Positions 40,933 through 44,073 of a stretch of 44,073 bases of DNA are shown here, piece by piece. The DNA is taken from positions 1-44,073 of IMG/VR virus record IMGVR_UViG_3300045988_151777; one strand, written 5' to 3'. Under the pieces are notes generated by a model that worked only from the letters and a program-made list of their open reading frames with translations, was not told where the DNA came from and did not search any database. Position 1 is the stretch's first letter, and every line of letters begins with the position of its first letter. The position numbers and the translations under genes are program-made. The stretch is from a virus.

Positions 40933-41606
40933 GCCGCCTCCGGATGAAAAACGATTTCCTGGTTGATCTCTTCCTCGGTCTTTCCGAGCATTCCGGCCGC
41001 AATAAGCTGAGCCTCATCAGGCGTGCCCATGGCATACGGATCAGGTCGGGAAATCTTGCGCGAATCCAGGCCGAGCCCATGCAGGTAAATCTGTGTGAGG
41101 TACGTCATGTCGTCGGCCTTCCAGTCGCCGCGGCTCTTGCCGAAGCGTTCGAGGTAGGCCACCTGGGCCGTATGAAGCGGACGGCCGAGCTCCGGGTGCT
41201 CGTGCATGAAGCGGAGCCGAAAGACGTGGAGAATGGGACTCAAGGGCTTGGCACGCTGCCAGCGCAGGTAGTCGAGGCACCACCGCGGAATGGGAATGCC
41301 TGTGCCCTGAACGGCCCTGCGCATACTCCCGCGGCGTTCGGTCTCGGTGTTGGCTGCCATTTCCGCGCGCTGCGCCCGGCGTTCGTCAAGCTCCCTGCAG
41401 AGCTTCACGATGTCGTAAGGGGTCGGTGCCGCCTTGTGGTTGATCGGCCAGTCGTTGATCACGCGCACGGCCGTCTGGCAGTCGATGTCGCACAGGGCGT
41501 TCTGCCAGATGTCCCAGCCGGTCTCGGTGACGTTCTTGCCGCCGGTGACAGCAATGACACCCGACAGCAGCTCCCTGACGTAGCGGTTGAAGTCAAGCTT
41601 GTCCAT
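40929..41606 (-). CDS. Replication accessory protein, G39P-like helicase-loader N-terminal domain (tentative)
   Basis: GWDIWQNALCDIDCQTAVRVINDW...APTPYDIVKLCRE resembles replisome-organiser/helicase-loader N-domains. It follows the initiator gene. Confidence 0.45.
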   Translation of the reverse strand: MDKLDFNRYVRELLSGVIAVTGGKNVTETGWDIWQNALCDIDCQTAVRVINDWPINHKAAPTPYDIVKLCRELDERRAQRAEMAANTETERRGSMRRAVQGTGIPIPRWCLDYLRWQRAKPLSPILHVFRLRFMHEHPELGRPLHTAQVAYLERFGKSRGDWKADDMTYLTQIYLHGLGLDSRKISRPDPYAMGTPDEAQLIAAGMLGKTEEEINQEIVFHPEAA

Positions 41607-42489
41607 CGTTTTCGTCCTTTCGGAGCTGCTTTTCGCCCCGGATAATCGCTTGGATTTCTTCAAAGGAAGCCGGCTTCACCTTGTCGGCCTCGGTTTTCTT
41701 TCGGAAGGTCTTGCGCTTCCAGTCCGGCATTGAGAGCACAGAGTTGCGGAACGTGGCAAACCAATCGAGCTTCACGCCTTTGGCACCGGGCACCGCGATC
41801 CAGTAGTTCCGGAATTCCTCGAAGGCTGCCTTCGGATCAAGATCAGGGGCTTTTTCTTCCGCCCACCGCTCCCAAGGCTCCGGGAGCTCCTTCAGGTCAA
41901 GCCGTGTTCCGCGCTTTTCCTTTTTCGCCGGTTTCGTCTCCGGCGGAGGCAAAGGCTCAAGAGCGCCCCAGTCCTCCGGGAACAGTTCCTCGGGAATCTC
42001 GTCACAAAAATCCGAAGGAGGAGGTTCGGGAGCGTCAGCGACTTTTTCGCTAAAAGCGCCCCCTACCTTATTTATATTGGTTATTGGTTGTTGGTTATTG
42101 GTTAGCATTCCATTTGCATTGCATTCGCATTGCGTTTGCTCTGCATTTGGATATGCACTTGCATCGATTTCAGGCTTTTTTGCCCACCTTGACGCCGCCG
42201 CACGCTTTCTTTTGTTGGAAACCGTCTGGGCTTTTTCGATTTCCTCATCGCAACGCGACTGCCGATACTCGCCATTTTCCAAAGTGAAGAACCTTTGCAA
42301 TACGTAGTGCATAGCCTCTTGCTCTGCAGGTGCATATCCACGTGCAATGCGTTTGCATTCGTCTTGCATAAGCGGACGCTCTTCTTTGTAGTATCTGACG
42401 AGCAAATCCATATAGACGCCTCGTTCTGTTGGCGTCAGGTCAAGCGTCCCGGCGATCCAGTCGCCTAAGTGAAGCTGCACATAGTTCAT
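41593..42489 (-). CDS. Replication initiation protein (N-terminal DUF1376/YdaU-like) containing the putative origin
   Basis: MNYVQLHLGDWIAGTLDLTPTERGVYMDLLVRYY is typical of DUF1376. Iterons lie in its linker-coding part. Confidence 0.7.
   Translation of the reverse strand: MNYVQLHLGDWIAGTLDLTPTERGVYMDLLVRYYKEERPLMQDECKRIARGYAPAEQEAMHYVLQRFFTLENGEYRQSRCDEEIEKAQTVSNKRKRAAASRWAKKPEIDASAYPNAEQTQCECNANGMLTNNQQPITNINKVGGAFSEKVADAPEPPPSDFCDEIPEELFPEDWGALEPLPPPETKPAKKEKRGTRLDLKELPEPWERWAEEKAPDLDPKAAFEEFRNYWIAVPGAKGVKLDWFATFRNSVLSMPDWKRKTFRKKTEADKVKPASFEEIQAIIRGEKQLRKDENDGQA
42076..42170. repeat. Iteron cluster / putative origin of replication within the rep gene
   Basis: Four tandem heptamers (ATTGGTT ATTGGTT GTTGGTT ATTGGTT, 42076-42103) are followed by about nine GCAYT(N) repeats at 42105-42170. 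Confidence 0.55.
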
Positions 42490-42503
42490 GGCGAGCCTCC
42501 CGG

Positions 42504-42737
42504 CTACTTGCCCGTGCTTTCAATGAGTTCCCAATCGATCTGAGGAAGAATCGCCCGACGGGAAACCTGCCGGCGCGTTGCCTCTTCGAGTTTGCAAGCA
42601 AGCGTGACGGACACACGACGTTCCGGGTGGTTGACGATGTTGTAAAAGTAGTTGAGTTTGATCCCGCACTTTTTGCAAATGGCCTTTTTCTCGACCGACG
42701 CAAGGGAGCGGAAATACTGCGATGCAGAGGGAAGCAT
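42504..42737 (-). CDS. Cro/YdaS-like HTH regulator (77 aa)
   Basis: It diverges from the CI-like gene. ...VTLACKLEEATRRQVSRRAILPQIDW resembles YdaS/Cro-type proteins. Confidence 0.65.
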   Translation of the reverse strand: MLPSASQYFRSLASVEKKAICKKCGIKLNYFYNIVNHPERRVSVTLACKLEEATRRQVSRRAILPQIDWELIESTGK

Positions 42738-42889
42738 GAGAGCTACTCCGTTTTAGTTCAATTATGGGTACTGGAATACTACCCCATGCATTCCCCAAAA
42801 GTCAACCAATACGGCGCAAAACTTTCCTAGACTTTGTGCGACAATCTAACCCATAATTTGACCTAGCCGGACTAAGAGGAGGACAAATA
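42738..42889. promoter_or_regulatory. Immunity switch: divergent promoters and inverted operator half-sites
   Basis: Minus promoter: TTGACT (42805-42800), 18-nt spacer, TAGTAT (42781-42776). Plus promoter: TAGACT (42828-42833), 18-nt spacer, CATAAT (42852-42857). AATTATGGGT at 42761-42770 has its inverted copy at 42849-42858. Confidence 0.6.
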
Positions 42890-43561
42890 ATGGTTGATGA
42901 TGAACTGACAGCTCGTCGCCGGGTTAATCTGCGACGTATCGCCGATGAGTTAGGTGGAGCCGCTGCTGTTGCCAGGAAGACTCAAAAGAGCGTCCAACAA
43001 ATAAGCAGTATGCTCAACGGCACCAAGTCCTTTGGCTCAAAGATCGCTCGTGACATAGAACCTAAACTGGGGCTTCCCCTGCAAAGCCTGGATAAGGAAG
43101 CGCCAAATTTTGTAGTTGCAATGGAAACGCCTGAAGCTACGGGGTACGTGCGCATTACAGCGCTTGAGGCGCGGAAAGAGTACAACCTGATGCGCATTCA
43201 GGAATTGAGCAAAATCAGGCTGATGGAGTGCAAAGAAGATTGGCTGTACGAACAAGCTCTTTCCACATCCAAGCCCAGTGCGCTAAAGCTATTCTCTGCG
43301 CCATCGGACAACATGGAGCCAGAAATTCTCCAAGGCGGATCAGTCGTCGTTGACATCTCGCAAAACACTTTCACCGCCAACGGCATATACGCCATGACGT
43401 ATCAGGGTTCGGCATTCATATATCGGATACAGATGAACCCTGACGGATCAGTATATTTTTTGTCGGATAATCCAAAATATGAAAAGATGGTAGTGAAGGA
43501 CACGTCCAACATCGTGATAGTTGGACGGTGTGTCGGCTGCTGTAACACGCACTCGCTCTAA
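42890..43561 (+). CDS. CI-like repressor with HTH and a degenerate S24 (LexA-like) C-terminal domain
   Basis: AAGAGGAGG lies before the ATG. The C-terminal S24-like fold (..SDNMEPEILQGGSVVVD..AFIYRIQMNPDGSVYFLSDNPKY..VGRCV) has Asn in place of the Ser nucleophile and no Lys at the KR position. Confidence 0.75.
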   Translation: MVDDELTARRRVNLRRIADELGGAAAVARKTQKSVQQISSMLNGTKSFGSKIARDIEPKLGLPLQSLDKEAPNFVVAMETPEATGYVRITALEARKEYNLMRIQELSKIRLMECKEDWLYEQALSTSKPSALKLFSAPSDNMEPEILQGGSVVVDISQNTFTANGIYAMTYQGSAFIYRIQMNPDGSVYFLSDNPKYEKMVVKDTSNIVIVGRCVGCCNTHSL

Positions 43562-43588
43562 TAAAATTCCATTGTTCATCAAATCTCA

Positions 43589-43612
43589 AGCCCGCGCACT
43601 GCGGGCTTTTTT
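43589..43612 (+). terminator. Rho-independent terminator after the repressor gene
   Basis: AGCCCGC-GCACT-GCGGGCT followed by a T run of six (43607-43612). Confidence 0.8.
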
Positions 43613-43679
43613 GTTGCCTTTTTGACTCCTATCAAAAACCGGTCACCTAACCAGAATACCCTGAAGTCATCTTTTATAG

Positions 43680-43716
43680 TTGACAGCAGGTTAGTGCTGT
43701 GGTTTAATTTCGGGTA
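43680..43716 (+). promoter_or_regulatory. Early rightward promoter (TTGACA, 17-nt spacer, TTTAAT) overlapped by an operator-like site
   Basis: -35 at 43680-43685 and -10 at 43703-43708. AATTTCGGGTA (43706-43716) matches the switch operator AATTATGGGTA at 9 of 11 positions. Confidence 0.6.
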
Positions 43717-43720
43717 TGCC

Positions 43721-43741
43721 GATGAGTAATTCAAACTCATC
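43721..43741 (+). promoter_or_regulatory. Perfect 7-bp inverted repeat in the early leader (GATGAGT-N7-ACTCATC)
   Basis: It lies between the promoter and the SD of the first early gene. Confidence 0.4.
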
Positions 43742-43765
43742 TAAACAAAACCACCAGGAGGCAAC

Positions 43766-44073
43766 ATGACAATCACACTCACACCCCGTGAAACCGCGCG
43801 TCTCATCGTTGACCGCGCAAACGAACTTCAGGAACTCGTCAACCAGAAGTGCGACGAATTAGATGACGCCGTCTCGGAAGTCACGGCGGCGATCTACCTC
43901 GACAAGATGACTAAAGACCGCGAGCTTAGCGTGCGTGCAGCGCCGGTACGCGACCAGAAAGACGCTACTTCACTTCCGAAGACGGCGTCTGAGGTTGAGG
44001 CAGAGACTGAGCGTCTTGTGCGTAACGCTCAGGAATATCAGCAGACAGCCCGTCGCGTTTTGAAAGAAGTTCG
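43766..44073 (+). CDS. 5' part of the junction-spanning 174-aa hypothetical early protein
   Basis: AGGAGG (43756-43761) lies 4 nt before ATG 43766. The frame continues into 120-336 after collapsing the overlap. Confidence 0.7.
   Translation, partial: MTITLTPRETARLIVDRANELQELVNQKCDELDDAVSEVTAAIYLDKMTKDRELSVRAAPVRDQKDATSLPKTASEVEAETERLVRNAQEYQQTARRVLKEV
43955..44073. repeat. Terminal overlap copy 2 (identical to 1-119)
   Basis: Direct comparison of the contig ends. Confidence 0.95.

Larger units (their letters stand above)
1..44073. mobile_element. Complete circularly closed temperate podovirus-like phage genome (unique length about 43,954 bp)
   Basis: nt 1-119 are identical to nt 43955-44073. 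Integrase and attP-like region, CI/Cro switch, replication, packaging, T7/BPP-1-like virion module and lysis cassette are all present. No host genes flank it. Confidence 0.85.

Overview
The window is a complete, circularly closed phage genome. Bases 1-119 are identical to 43955-44073, so the unique length is about 43,954 bp. It is a temperate short-tailed phage or excised prophage of a Gram-negative host. Spanins and lipoprotein genes support the Gram-negative call. No host flanks, tRNA, rRNA or CRISPR array were seen.

Minus strand, read from high to low coordinates:
- a Cro-like gene, a DUF1376-type replication gene with internal iterons, a helicase-loader-like gene and RusA;
- a sigma-region-4-like HTH gene, then TerS and TerL;
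- a GNAT gene, portal, Bbp19-like protein, scaffold, major capsid and a cement-like protein;
- T7-like tail tube A and B;
- three internal (ejected) proteins, including a 3,318-codon multi-domain giant ORF;
- tail fibres and a tail-collar cassette;
- a lysis cassette (holin-like, M15 endolysin, nested spanins) and a DUF3310 protein;
- a Mu Com-like zinc ribbon, followed by a three-gene module whose first start codon is locked in a hairpin;
- attP-like repeats;
- a P4-type integrase translationally coupled to a membrane cargo gene.

Plus strand:
- a CI-like repressor whose S24 catalytic dyad appears lost;
- an early operon with small membrane peptides, a 51-aa hyper-acidic protein, a YqaJ exonuclease plus annealing protein, an Xis-like HTH and an AntA/KilAC antirepressor;
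- a two-lipoprotein moron.

Most interesting signals:
1. A 17-20 nt motif (GTAGGGGGTGCAGTTGTTGA on the coding strand) occurs five times at late-gene boundaries, and four copies abut a TAG stop.
2. The giant polyvalent-type virion ORF carries an exact HExxH site and an ART-like block.
3. Inside that giant ORF the coding frame switches, exposing an embedded 88-aa ORF with its own SD and ATG.
4. The Com-like regulator sits upstream of a hairpin-gated module of unknown function next to attP.
5. A strong promoter is followed by about 240 nt of highly structured non-coding sequence.
6. Three further frame discontinuities occur: two sit at homopolymer runs (C5 at 4476-4480, G3 at 13173-13175) and one upstream of terS has no mapped site. 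They may be assembly indels or real frameshifts.

All family assignments come from reading motifs by eye. No database search was run.
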